Shown here one piece after another: positions 9,064 through 17,520 of a DNA stretch of 64,000 nucleotides. Within the stretch, counting starts at the first letter, position 1; each line of letters starts with the position of its first letter. The DNA lies in sequence record PQ015379.1; one strand, 5' to 3'. Made by a program: the position numbers and the translations under genes. Below the pieces are notes generated by a model that was given only the letters and a program-made list of their open reading frames with translations, was not told the origin of the DNA and did no database searches.

Positions 9064-9109
9064 TGCGACTGGGCCAAGGACGGCCCTTTCGTTTTTGTGA
9101 GGGAACATT

Positions 9110-9397
9110 ATGCAAACTTTTAAAGAGCGCGGCGTTTCTGTCGTGGCTTTTATCGAGCACTGGACGTTCATCGGTGAACGCTACGGCTGGCGCTACGCCG
9201 GTACGCAGCCCAAGGATCTTTCACACACGACTGATCCACTGATCGAAGCCAGACGACTGTGCCGCCTTTGGCAAGATAACGAAAACCGTTACAAGATTCG
9301 CGACCGTGATCCGTTCGGAATTGAAACCAGTGAACAACTAGGTTTTCTGTCAGTCGATCAGCTGGCAAGCATCATCCGGAGGGCTAACACATGTTGA
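9110..9397 (+). CDS. hypothetical protein
   Basis: GAGGG RBS. Confidence 0.7.
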   Translation: MQTFKERGVSVVAFIEHWTFIGERYGWRYAGTQPKDLSHTTDPLIEARRLCRLWQDNENRYKIRDRDPFGIETSEQLGFLSVDQLASIIRRANTC

Positions 9398-9846
9398 TTT
9401 TTCTGCACCGGCATCCGATGCGCCTTTCTGAGCCGACACACCTGCTGACTGCCCAGCAGATTTTGCAGCTGGACCGCGACAACGTTCCGCATCGGCAGTT
9501 CTGCCACGATTTCATGGAATCGACTTTCGATTTCACCGATATGCAGTGCCGCTACGAGGACATGCGATATCTGGAAGAGATTTTGTTGGTCGCATTTCAG
9601 ATGCAAAATATCAGCAACCAACTGACGGTTCTGCGCTGTCTGCTGCGCCGCCGTTTCTGGTTGAAAAACTGGCACCGCCTGCGTGACCTGACCTATGCCC
9701 GGATTTTGCGTGAAGAGGGCGAGGCCAAGGCCAAGCGTCGGCTGGTTGGATTATTCGGAGAGGTGTGCAATGTCGCAGGCCCGCTTGGACCCTACACTGC
9801 AAAGTTTAGCTGGAAGGACCGTATTTCACGGTCTGCAAATTGTTGA
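9391..9846 (+). CDS. hypothetical protein
   Basis: Overlapping packed ORF. Confidence 0.65.
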   Translation: MLIFLHRHPMRLSEPTHLLTAQQILQLDRDNVPHRQFCHDFMESTFDFTDMQCRYEDMRYLEEILLVAFQMQNISNQLTVLRCLLRRRFWLKNWHRLRDLTYARILREEGEAKAKRRLVGLFGEVCNVAGPLGPYTAKFSWKDRISRSANC

Positions 9847-10207
9847 AGACCCGTCGCACCTGCAAATCGTGCGGCACCTGCGCGAACGCAAATGGGCGCA
9901 TCGGAAAATGTGGAATCGAGGCAAACGTTTCAACGTGACCACGACCTACAAACCCTCGCGTACGGTTCTGCGATTCGACGACAAATTGGTAATGCATCCG
10001 GCCCTCGCGGCTGAAGTGCGCGAAGCCATTGCCACCACGAAAAACCCCGGCGATCTGCCACAATTAACACCGTATTCCATGAGCGCCCGCGTGGCCTCGG
10101 AACCCGAACCGTGGATGCCATCCGCTGGCCGCAATCGCAACATTCTCGACCCGTATGCCATCGGCATTCCAATCCGCCCCAACAATTCCATCATCAAAGG
10201 ATTCTGA
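9770..10207 (+). CDS. hypothetical protein
   Basis: ATG at 9770 after GGAGAGG. Confidence 0.65.
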   Translation: MSQARLDPTLQSLAGRTVFHGLQIVEDPSHLQIVRHLRERKWAHRKMWNRGKRFNVTTTYKPSRTVLRFDDKLVMHPALAAEVREAIATTKNPGDLPQLTPYSMSARVASEPEPWMPSAGRNRNILDPYAIGIPIRPNNSIIKGF

Positions 10208-10210
10208 AAA

Positions 10211-10516
10211 ATGATCATTGGCAAATTCCATTTGGGCATCACCGACCACCAGACCCTCGAAATTCCGGCACCTGCCAACATCCGCTCGGTGATCATGCAA
10301 CCTGACGCTTTCAACCACGAAAACGTGGTGCTGTACGCGGAAATGGAAAAAGGCGCGGAAATTCTGGAACGCAAAATCCGCATGTACGGCACCGGTCACG
10401 AAATGGACGATGTTGTCGGCAATTTCATCGGCACCGTGAGCACCGAAGGGGGCCAGCTGATCTGGCACGTTTACGACGTGACCGACTACGACGCGGAACT
10501 GCATTACCGCCCATGA
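10211..10516 (+). CDS. conserved small phage protein (DUF7352-like)
   Basis: Pattern IGKF.L...Q.LEIP...LYAE...R.YGTGH...FIGTV...LIWHVY. Confidence 0.7.
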   Translation: MIIGKFHLGITDHQTLEIPAPANIRSVIMQPDAFNHENVVLYAEMEKGAEILERKIRMYGTGHEMDDVVGNFIGTVSTEGGQLIWHVYDVTDYDAELHYRP

Positions 10517-10725
10517 AAAAGATCAAGGATCACGAACACAAACCGTGGTGCACGTGGTGTAAGGCCCAAGGCAAAGAAGTCGCGGCCCTGTGGCGCCAAA
10601 GTGCACACGGTGGAACGTGGGCCTGCTATGACCACCAAAAAGATTTGCAGGAACGAGAAAAGAAAATGGCCAAGGAAGATTCCTACATGACCGAGGCCGA
10701 TTACCAGACGTGGGGTCGCCTGTGA
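10513..10725 (+). CDS. small Cys/His zinc-finger protein, paralog 1
   Basis: CTWCK...WAC..H...MTEADYQTWGRL. Confidence 0.8.
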   Translation: MKKIKDHEHKPWCTWCKAQGKEVAALWRQSAHGGTWACYDHQKDLQEREKKMAKEDSYMTEADYQTWGRL

Positions 10726-10931
10726 AACGGTTAAAAGAAAATCAGAAATACGGGTGCACGTGGTGCAAGAAAGAAGGCCGCAAGGTTCCAGCCATCTGGC
10801 GTGAGCGTGGTTTTGCCGGTTCGTGGGCCTGCGAGAAACACCGCCCCGATCTGGAAAAGCAAGAACGCGAAGATGCGGTGCGTGAATCCCGCATGACCGA
10901 AGCCGATTATCAAACGTGGGGTCGCTTATGA
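10722..10931 (+). CDS. small Cys/His zinc-finger protein, paralog 2
   Basis: Same motifs and identical last 12 residues as the previous gene. Confidence 0.8.
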   Translation: MKRLKENQKYGCTWCKKEGRKVPAIWRERGFAGSWACEKHRPDLEKQEREDAVRESRMTEADYQTWGRL

Positions 10932-11137
10932 AAAATCCTTTCCATTTGATGGATGCTTACCGCTTCCAACGTGATGTAGAAATCACCCGCATGCGGAAGT
11001 GCATGGGTGACATTCTGAGCAGCGACAAAACGGCGTTGGCCAAGCGCAAGGCCTATTGGAAAGCCAGTCGCAAAATCAACGCAAAAATCTTTCCACGTGG
11101 CAAGAATTTTGCCCTTCACTATGAGCGCCCACTATGA
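10928..11137 (+). CDS. small basic hypothetical protein
   Basis: ATGA overlap. Confidence 0.65.
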   Translation: MKNPFHLMDAYRFQRDVEITRMRKCMGDILSSDKTALAKRKAYWKASRKINAKIFPRGKNFALHYERPL

Positions 11138-11685
11138 AAACACGTGTGCTCTACAAAGACGGCTGCTACATCCCGCAGATGCGCCCGACCGCGTGGCCGT
11201 TCTGGTACAACATCACGGACGATATTTTCGAGCGTGAATCCGAAGAACTCGACTGCTACAACTACGATCTTAACCCCGACGATGTGGCCGAAGGTTGTGC
11301 GCGTCGTCTGGTCGGGAACCAAAAGGATTTCGTGGGCGAAGTTTCGTATCGTTCGTGGAAACAACGCGTGCGCCAGTTCTTCATGGGCGCACCCGGCCCT
11401 TGTGGTCCTATGGGTGCCATGGGTGCGCCGGGCCTCGACGGTCCACCGGGTTTTTCTCGCAGTGCACTCGACCTGCAATGTCCGAATCCGGATTGCGGAA
11501 AATTCGTGCGCGACGAACCGGTACAGGAACTGGTTTTCGATCTGAAAAACGGCAACGAATTCAGCCACACCTGCGCCGCCTGTAATCACGGCACCACGTG
11601 GCGCATCGTGGAAGGTTTGCCGATCCCTTATCCAATGCTGAAGGATGTGTGTGATGCAGCTTCTGGTGAATGGAAAGCTCCATAA
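11134..11685 (+). CDS. protein with short collagen-like Gly-X-Y run and C-terminal zinc ribbon
   Basis: GAPGPCGPMGAMGAPGLDGPPG; CPNPDC...CAAC. Confidence 0.75.
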   Translation: MKTRVLYKDGCYIPQMRPTAWPFWYNITDDIFERESEELDCYNYDLNPDDVAEGCARRLVGNQKDFVGEVSYRSWKQRVRQFFMGAPGPCGPMGAMGAPGLDGPPGFSRSALDLQCPNPDCGKFVRDEPVQELVFDLKNGNEFSHTCAACNHGTTWRIVEGLPIPYPMLKDVCDAASGEWKAP

Positions 11686-12382
11686 AACCTCGCTGGAAAG
11701 TCCGGGCATTGTCGTCGCGTTGAACGTGCTTCCGCTGAATAAAACTTTGGTGGAAGCCGCGACCCTGCGCTACGTGCAAAACGTGCTGCGTGAAGGTTTC
11801 AATGGCCACATAAATTCGGTACACCACCAGAAACTGGTGGCTACGCTGGAACCAATCGGCGGCTTAGCCAAAGTTGAATTCGATCAAAAGTTGGAGTTTC
11901 CCGGCCTGATTGCAGCTAACGCCGGGCCATTGAACTGGAAGTACGAATGCCGCACCGACCTACTGGGCATCATGATCGACGAATTCATCAAACGTCGGGT
12001 GTTCGACTGCGTGCAGCGTTCCGTGTTCATCGACAAGTTTGAACACGAAACCATTTTCAACGTGAGGCAGCAGACGGCCCAGCGCATCGAACACGTGGCC
12101 GAAACACTGCGTCGTATCATGGAATTGATCGCAGGTGCCAAGTGCCATTTCAACCCCGGTGAAGTTGACGAAAACGGCAACGTGAATCTGTTCTATGGGT
12201 TCAAGTACAGCGACGTTACTGCGTACGGTTCCGGTCCGCATTGGCGTGGCAAGATCACCGAACGGGAGACGTGGAACAACTGGATGAAATTGAACTTTAT
12301 CCGGCACGAAATCTACGGAAGGCCCGTGACCGATATCCAGCGTTTGGAAGCGGCACAGCAATGGCTGCCTGACCTGAAATAA
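11645..12382 (+). CDS. hypothetical protein
   Basis: 245-aa ORF. Confidence 0.75.
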   Translation: MCVMQLLVNGKLHKTSLESPGIVVALNVLPLNKTLVEAATLRYVQNVLREGFNGHINSVHHQKLVATLEPIGGLAKVEFDQKLEFPGLIAANAGPLNWKYECRTDLLGIMIDEFIKRRVFDCVQRSVFIDKFEHETIFNVRQQTAQRIEHVAETLRRIMELIAGAKCHFNPGEVDENGNVNLFYGFKYSDVTAYGSGPHWRGKITERETWNNWMKLNFIRHEIYGRPVTDIQRLEAAQQWLPDLK

Positions 12383-12429
12383 TTGATCGGCGTAATTTAG
12401 ATATAGCATCTTACAAAAGGAGAAATGCT

Positions 12430-13035
12430 ATGTCTGTACGTCGTGAAATTACCGGGAGCATTTCCGGTAAGTACGAATCCGGTGGCCTCGGGGTAAAAAC
12501 CGTTTCGACCGGTAAAGGTGACAAAGGCGGTGTGAGCTACGGCAAACACCAACTGGCTTCCAACACCGGCACCATGGCAGCGTTCCTGAAATCGTCGTTC
12601 GGTCGCCCTTATGTGGCCCGCTTCGGTTCTACGGTTCCGGGCACCAAAGAGTTCACCGCGATTTACAAAAAGATTGCGGACGAATCGCCGGAAGAATTCG
12701 AAGTCGCGCAATTCATGTACATCGGCCAAACCCACTACGACCCGCAGGCCGCCAAACTGGCTGCCAGCTACATTTTCGTAGATGATCGCCACGTCGCGGT
12801 GCGTGAATGCGTGTTCAGCGTTTCGGTTCAGTACGGCCCGAATACCAGCTTCATCATCAAGGCGCTGGGGCCGAACTTCAAAGGCACTGATCGGGAATTC
12901 ATCGAGAAAGTGCAAAACTATCGCGCCTCTTCGGTAGGCGTCTATTTCAAATCCAGCAGCAAAGCTACTCAAGATGGCGTGGCCAAACGCGCCGCCAACG
13001 AGAAAAAAGATTTGCTGGATTTGCTCAACACTTAA
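12430..13035 (+). CDS. peptidoglycan hydrolase, VgrG3 C-terminal-like lysozyme fold (putative endolysin)
   Basis: S.KYESGG.G..TVSTG.GD.GGVSYG..QLAS..GT and SVSVQYGP; strong AAGGAG RBS. Confidence 0.8.
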   Translation: MSVRREITGSISGKYESGGLGVKTVSTGKGDKGGVSYGKHQLASNTGTMAAFLKSSFGRPYVARFGSTVPGTKEFTAIYKKIADESPEEFEVAQFMYIGQTHYDPQAAKLAASYIFVDDRHVAVRECVFSVSVQYGPNTSFIIKALGPNFKGTDREFIEKVQNYRASSVGVYFKSSSKATQDGVAKRAANEKKDLLDLLNT

Positions 13036-13045
13036 AGGACGATCC

Positions 13046-13441
13046 ATGACTGACCACGCTTTGCCCTTCGACGTTGACGACGAACCCGTTCCCAAACCGT
13101 ACCGCTACAAATTCGGTGCGACGACCGTGGAATGGGCCGACGATGATGTGATTGCATTCCACGCTTCGGTTAAATACGTCGAGGTGGTTTTGCGTGGTGA
13201 ACAAAGGCGCCCATTGCTCGAAGATCCGTTGAAAGCCTTGATTGACGATCCGCGTTATTCGAATGATTTCATTCAAGTGCATCGGGCCACCGTTGTGCGT
13301 TTGAGCGAGATTAAAGCGCTGCGCCGGATCACCAAAAATGGCTGCTTCGAAGTCGAGTTGCATTGCGGCCTGACGTTCGCTGTGTCGCGCCGCTGCATGG
13401 CCCCGGCACGCCGGGCGCTGGCCGCTCTAGCACCGGCTTGA
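13046..13441 (+). CDS. stand-alone LytTR DNA-binding domain protein
   Basis: FIQVHRATVVRLSEIKAL...L.CG.TFAVSRR. Confidence 0.85.
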   Translation: MTDHALPFDVDDEPVPKPYRYKFGATTVEWADDDVIAFHASVKYVEVVLRGEQRRPLLEDPLKALIDDPRYSNDFIQVHRATVVRLSEIKALRRITKNGCFEVELHCGLTFAVSRRCMAPARRALAALAPA

Positions 13442-13466
13442 CCGCTGTTCCTCAAGGTGGCATACT
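13438..13466 (+). promoter_or_regulatory. sigma70-type promoter P1
   Basis: TTGACC-17 nt-CATACT with extended TG. Confidence 0.75.
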
Positions 13467-13499
13467 CGGCGGGTGGGCATCTGCTGCCCGCTGTTTTAA

Positions 13500-13522
13500 C
13501 ACTCACGAAATATGGGAAGTTT
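13500..13522 (+). promoter_or_regulatory. leader box CACTCAC-N8-GGAAGTT (copy 1)
   Basis: CACTCACGAAATATGGGAAGTTT after a hairpin, before ATG 13526. Confidence 0.8.
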
Positions 13523-13525
13523 TCC

Positions 13526-13723
13526 ATGAGTTGGGGTTTGTTTGCTGCAAAGGCAGGCGCTGTATTAATCGACGGGTTTTCCGCCGCAGTGCTTCGCAAA
13601 ATGCCGGACGGTTCTACGCAGGAAGTTGTGCTCGAAACAGACAACGATCTGGATTACCTTCGGCAAGTCCGCGACGAATATCAAATGCAAGACGATGATA
13701 TCGCCGTTTACGTGAAACCTTGA
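13526..13723 (+). CDS. small acidic hypothetical protein
   Basis: First gene after the P1 leader. Confidence 0.7.
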   Translation: MSWGLFAAKAGAVLIDGFSAAVLRKMPDGSTQEVVLETDNDLDYLRQVRDEYQMQDDDIAVYVKP

Positions 13724-13734
13724 GGGTTCCAATC

Positions 13735-14106
13735 ATGAGCACCGAAAACACCGAACGCCGTCCAAACGTTCTGTTGAGCTACGAACGCATTCCGGACAGC
13801 ATCGACTTTTATTTCATCCCGGCCAATTCGCCGGTCCCGTTGACGCTGCTGCATGCGATTCTGCGTCTCGACCAAGTTTTCATTAACCACATCGGCAAAT
13901 CGCCGGATGGTGAACGTGGCGAAAAAGACGCTGCCTATTTGCAGGCTGCACTGGCCCGCGATACCAGCGACCTCGACGCGAAAAACGAACACGGTGAAAA
14001 TCGTTTCTTTGCCGTGCTCGAAGATTACCGCCTGAACCCCGATGAACCAGCGGCTATCCAAGTTGACGGCCAGCTGAAAATCATCCGTACCGGCTTCATC
14101 CTGTAA
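13735..14106 (+). CDS. hypothetical protein
   Basis: GAGGG RBS. Confidence 0.75.
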   Translation: MSTENTERRPNVLLSYERIPDSIDFYFIPANSPVPLTLLHAILRLDQVFINHIGKSPDGERGEKDAAYLQAALARDTSDLDAKNEHGENRFFAVLEDYRLNPDEPAAIQVDGQLKIIRTGFIL

Positions 14107-14107
14107 A

Positions 14108-14117
14108 ACTGTAAACA
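14108..14117 (+). promoter_or_regulatory. ACTGTAAACA motif
   Basis: Intergenic, tandem CTGTAAA.ACTGTAAA, upstream of ORF 14200. Confidence 0.5.
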
Positions 14118-14199
14118 CTACAGAGCAAGACACTAGGCGTTGGTGTGCTGGCCGCTTACGCCCGGTGAACCTTTAATGTCCAGCAAAGGAAATATCGCA

Positions 14200-14649
14200 A
14201 TGACCAAATTTGATCGCGCCGACCACGACAAAATCCAAGCCGCTGTTTTCGACCTGACCCGCGAAACCATCGATGCTGGTAAAGACCGCGCTGTGTTTCA
14301 TATCAGCCATTTGTTTCAGGCGCTGAAGTTCTCTCGTATGTCGCGCAACGCTTTCCCCGCTGCGTTGATGGATGTTCCGTCTGGCACCGACTTCTGCAAA
14401 ATGTTCGGTGACTGGATCATCGCGGAAGTGGGCGACGACCAGTACGTGCTGATCAAACTGGGCGAACGCGAAAATCCGTGGTACGACGCCGAAGAGTTCT
14501 ACAAAAAGAACTACCGTGTCGCGGCCCCGGTTCGCAAAAAGCCCAACGTGGTTAAAATCGATCTGCCGGAAGGCATGACCCCGGAACAAGCGCGTGAAGC
14601 TGTTCGCGTTGCGGGCGTTTACAACCAGCAGGCGAAAGCCCAGCAGTAA
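14200..14649 (+). CDS. hypothetical protein
   Basis: AAAGGA RBS; followed by a terminator. Confidence 0.75.
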   Translation: MTKFDRADHDKIQAAVFDLTRETIDAGKDRAVFHISHLFQALKFSRMSRNAFPAALMDVPSGTDFCKMFGDWIIAEVGDDQYVLIKLGERENPWYDAEEFYKKNYRVAAPVRKKPNVVKIDLPEGMTPEQAREAVRVAGVYNQQAKAQQ

Positions 14650-14657
14650 GAAAAAGG

Positions 14658-14684
14658 AAGCCCCGGCCAACGCTGGGGCTTTTT
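14658..14684 (+). terminator. rho-independent terminator
   Basis: AAGCCCCGG...CTGGGGCTT plus T run. Confidence 0.85.
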
Positions 14685-14710
14685 CGTATCTGGCTAAAGG
14701 AAATTTGGCA

Positions 14711-15226
14711 ATGAAGCTCGACGGTCGCAAACTTCAAAAATGGCGCATGCGCCTTGGCATCAAGCAACTGGATTTGGCACAGTACCTGTGCATTGATCAG
14801 CGCGATTTGAACAGGATCGAAAATCGCATGCCGGTGCCGCGTGCGTGGGAATTGCGCGAACACATTCAAGAGGCCCTGACGCATTTGCAGGATACGCCGC
14901 TTTATGACCTGCATGTGGAAGCGGTGCGCATGGCGAAAAACACCGAAGGCTTTTTGGCCGTCATGCAGGTAATGACCAAGCACGACACAACGACCGGCTT
15001 TTATGTGGACAAGCGCGAACAGGCGCGGGCGTTCGTTCGCATTGTGGATGCACTGCGTTTTGAAAAAGGCGCGCTGCCCCACGAAACGTTGCTGCTGGTC
15101 AAATTCGAAAAGGGGCCGCACCTGCAAATCTACGCCAACCCGATGCGCGTTGTGCAGCACGTTGAAACCTTTTACGTGCAAGGGCGAAAGGTTGCGAGCG
15201 TGGAGCGTCGAATAGAGGCCGCATGA
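14711..15226 (+). CDS. XRE-family HTH protein with C-terminal extension
   Basis: LQKWRMRLGIKQLDLAQYLCIDQRDLNRIEN. Confidence 0.8.
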   Translation: MKLDGRKLQKWRMRLGIKQLDLAQYLCIDQRDLNRIENRMPVPRAWELREHIQEALTHLQDTPLYDLHVEAVRMAKNTEGFLAVMQVMTKHDTTTGFYVDKREQARAFVRIVDALRFEKGALPHETLLLVKFEKGPHLQIYANPMRVVQHVETFYVQGRKVASVERRIEAA

Positions 15227-15714
15227 ATTTATTCGTGACCGGGCCTTCGCCAACGTTGTGTGCACGTGCCCATTGTGACGTGCACCTAATCAAGATGGCG
15301 ACCGAGGCCGCGCAGCTTTTATCAACCACGCATCATCTGACGGGCCGTGCAATTGGTTACGCGCCAACGCATCCCAATCACCCGTGCGCAATCTGGATCA
15401 GGGAATCGGCGGCAAATTATGAATGGGCGTACCTTTTGTATCGCTGCCTTTTGACTGAGTACGAATTTCGATTCGGCAAGCAACACGGGGCAGGCCGTTT
15501 CAAACACGAACTGCGCCGCCTGCCAAATCTGCCACGGATCGACCGCACCCCGTGGGCGCAATGTGTGGCCCCGGAGTTCCAACAGGCTGACACTTTCGCC
15601 GCGTACCGCCTGCACATCCGGGCCAAGCTTTTGGAATGGCCCCGCAGACCGCGCCCAGTGCGCACCACGTTTACGAAACGCGTTCCCCCGTCGTTTCTCT
15701 CCGACCTGCCCTAA
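15223..15714 (+). CDS. pyrimidine dimer DNA glycosylase / endonuclease V family protein
   Basis: MNLF...CA..HCD.H..KM..EAAQLLST...Y..TH.NHPC.IW.RES..NY.W. Confidence 0.8.
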   Translation: MNLFVTGPSPTLCARAHCDVHLIKMATEAAQLLSTTHHLTGRAIGYAPTHPNHPCAIWIRESAANYEWAYLLYRCLLTEYEFRFGKQHGAGRFKHELRRLPNLPRIDRTPWAQCVAPEFQQADTFAAYRLHIRAKLLEWPRRPRPVRTTFTKRVPPSFLSDLP

Positions 15715-15739
15715 AGCCCGCCCCGTGCGGGCTTTGTCG
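15713..15739 (+). terminator. repeated hairpin element (copy 1)
   Basis: AAAGCCCGC-CCCGT-GCGGGCTTT-GTCG. Confidence 0.7.
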
Positions 15740-15761
15740 TTTCTGGCGCCTGCACTTCCTT

Positions 15762-15775
15762 TACGCGTGCGCGTG
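15762..15775. repeat. alternating purine-pyrimidine tract (14 bp)
   Basis: TACGCGTGCGCGTG ending 28 nt before a -35 box. Confidence 0.7.
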
Positions 15776-15803
15776 GGCGCCTAGATGGCGTGCATTGTGC
15801 CCG

Positions 15804-15832
15804 TTGACTGTTTCGGGGCCGTTTGATACCTT
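15804..15832 (+). promoter_or_regulatory. sigma70-type promoter P2
   Basis: TTGACT-17 nt-TACCTT with extended TG. Confidence 0.8.
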
Positions 15833-15868
15833 TGGGGTCACTCGGGCTTCTGCTGCCCGCTAAACAGA

Positions 15869-15891
15869 CACTCACGCAATTAGGGAAGTTT
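15869..15891 (+). promoter_or_regulatory. leader box (copy 2)
   Basis: CACTCACGCAATTAGGGAAGTTT after the CGGGC/GCCCG hairpin. Confidence 0.85.
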
Positions 15892-15895
15892 GAAG

Positions 15896-16123
15896 ATGGC
15901 CCTTCACGCACAGCAAATCCTGCAACGCCAAACCAACAGCAAAGGCGTTACCTACTCGCTTCAAATCGACAACGGTTCGCTGGCAAACAAAGAAGCACCG
16001 TACGGCGTTTGGAAGCTGTGCGTTAACTATGTACGCGGCAAGGACGTAAAGACTTGGCGCTACATCGAAACCGGCCTGACCCTTGAAGCCGCCCAAAAAC
16101 TTTTTGACCGTCGTTCGAAATAA
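15896..16123 (+). CDS. small hypothetical protein
   Basis: First gene after the P2 leader. Confidence 0.75.
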   Translation: MALHAQQILQRQTNSKGVTYSLQIDNGSLANKEAPYGVWKLCVNYVRGKDVKTWRYIETGLTLEAAQKLFDRRSK

Positions 16124-16134
16124 GGAACCTGACA

Positions 16135-16302
16135 ATGACCCGCATCGGCAATTTCAAAACCGCTAAGCACTCTTATGAAGCCACCGTCGAGAAAAACGGC
16201 CAGCGCTTCAAAATCACGATTGACGCGAACACTCGCGCATCTGCTGGCAAGCTGGCCCGTGACAACGGTTATTCGGTCTGCGACATGAACATGGTGGGCT
16301 AA
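16135..16302 (+). CDS. small hypothetical protein (55 aa)
   Basis: Read manually: MTRIGNFKTAKHSYEATVEK...; AAGGA RBS; below the ORF-track cutoff. Confidence 0.7.
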   Translation: MTRIGNFKTAKHSYEATVEKNGQRFKITIDANTRASAGKLARDNGYSVCDMNMVG

Positions 16303-16305
16303 TCC

Positions 16306-16500
16306 ATGGCACACATCATTCAAGCCCGCGCAATGATCGTTGACTATGCGGACGGCAGCAGCGCGCCGTTTGGTTCGCTGGAAAACAAAGTGGTGGAAAA
16401 GGACGGCGACGTTTACACCGTTTACGACACGCGGGGCGGTCGCCCTGCTTTCCACTATCAGGTCGGCGTAAACAACGTGACCGCAATCAATTTCGAGTGA
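16306..16500 (+). CDS. small hypothetical protein
   Basis: Packed ORF. Confidence 0.7.
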   Translation: MAHIIQARAMIVDYADGSSAPFGSLENKVVEKDGDVYTVYDTRGGRPAFHYQVGVNNVTAINFE

Positions 16501-16510
16501 GGGACAAAAA

Positions 16511-16927
16511 ATGGACTACGAATTCCGCCAGCACGAATTGGGCACCGACGCAGACGACGAACGTTACGCGCAGTGGCTTGCGACCGTGGGTAAAAAGCTG
16601 GGCCGCGACATTGTGCAGGGCAGCGATCTGGAAAGCGACCTGTTCGATTACTACTCGGACGGCTGCCAACCGGACGAAGCTGTGGCCGAAGTGCTGACGC
16701 TAGAAGAAATCCAGCGCAACAAATCGCCTGACACGTGCAAACACGTTCTGGAATATTTCAGCGACAAACGTCTGCGCCTGAAGCGTGACGAAAAGCTAAA
16801 TCGGTTGGTGTGGAGCCTTGAAGGCACGACGCACCAGCGTGTGACCGAAGCGAATCACCTCGACCATTGGTCGCTGTTCAACTGGATTCAGAAAGGCCGT
16901 GAATTCTTGGCCGACTCGAAAAACTGA
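16511..16927 (+). CDS. hypothetical protein
   Basis: GAGGG RBS. Confidence 0.75.
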   Translation: MDYEFRQHELGTDADDERYAQWLATVGKKLGRDIVQGSDLESDLFDYYSDGCQPDEAVAEVLTLEEIQRNKSPDTCKHVLEYFSDKRLRLKRDEKLNRLVWSLEGTTHQRVTEANHLDHWSLFNWIQKGREFLADSKN

Positions 16928-16931
16928 CACA

Positions 16932-16967
16932 CAAACAACCCCGCCCCGTGCGGGGTTTGTCGGTAGT
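16932..16967 (+). repeat. 36-bp hairpin repeat / terminator (copy 2)
   Basis: CAAACAACCCCGCCCCGTGCGGGGTTTGTCGGTAGT, identical to 18957-18992. Confidence 0.85.
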
Positions 16968-17001
16968 AAACCAAACTGACCTTTACCAAGGAATCGCCAG
17001 C

Positions 17002-17520
17002 ATGGCCAAGAAAGCCCAAGACAAAAAAGCACTGAACGACAAAATCAAATTCGTTAACTGGACCATCGAGCCGCTGGGCGTGCAGATTACCGCCATGGGG
17101 CGCGGCTGGGGTTTCACGCATGCGGGCCTTTATCGTGGCCTGTCGCGCTTCCTGAACAAACCCCTGATCGAAACACCTGACCTCGATCTGGTGGAATTCG
17201 CGAAGCTGGCAAAAGAAAGCATCCTGCAACAAATCGCGGACGACGCCGGGCCGCAGTACACGGTCGCCACTACCACGGTCGGCCAGAACTGGAACGACAG
17301 CGGAATGCGTCACCGCGTCGAATGCAGCGACGGTCGCGTTTCTGGTTGGGCGCGTTACGAACAGGTGGCGTACCTCGATAACGTCGCCAGCCTGACCCCG
17401 TATTTCGTCGGCGGTGAAAATGTCGTGACGCGTAGCATTTCCGAAGCCCTGACGTTTATAGCCGTGGGGCCGAACGATGACCAAAACGCGGAACCTGAAA
17501 TTGAGGAAGCTGGCGAATGA
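17002..17520 (+). CDS. hypothetical protein
   Basis: AAGGA RBS. Confidence 0.75.
   Translation: MAKKAQDKKALNDKIKFVNWTIEPLGVQITAMGRGWGFTHAGLYRGLSRFLNKPLIETPDLDLVEFAKLAKESILQQIADDAGPQYTVATTTVGQNWNDSGMRHRVECSDGRVSGWARYEQVAYLDNVASLTPYFVGGENVVTRSISEALTFIAVGPNDDQNAEPEIEEAGE

Noticed and set aside
12383-12412. Sigma70 promoter upstream of the muramidase (TTGATC ... AT-rich)
   Set aside because: No acceptable -10 at 16-18 nt spacing; kept only as an AT-rich intergenic gap.
13526-13723. Holin next to the muramidase
   Set aside because: It has no convincing TM helix, is acidic, and is transcribed from its own promoter P1.
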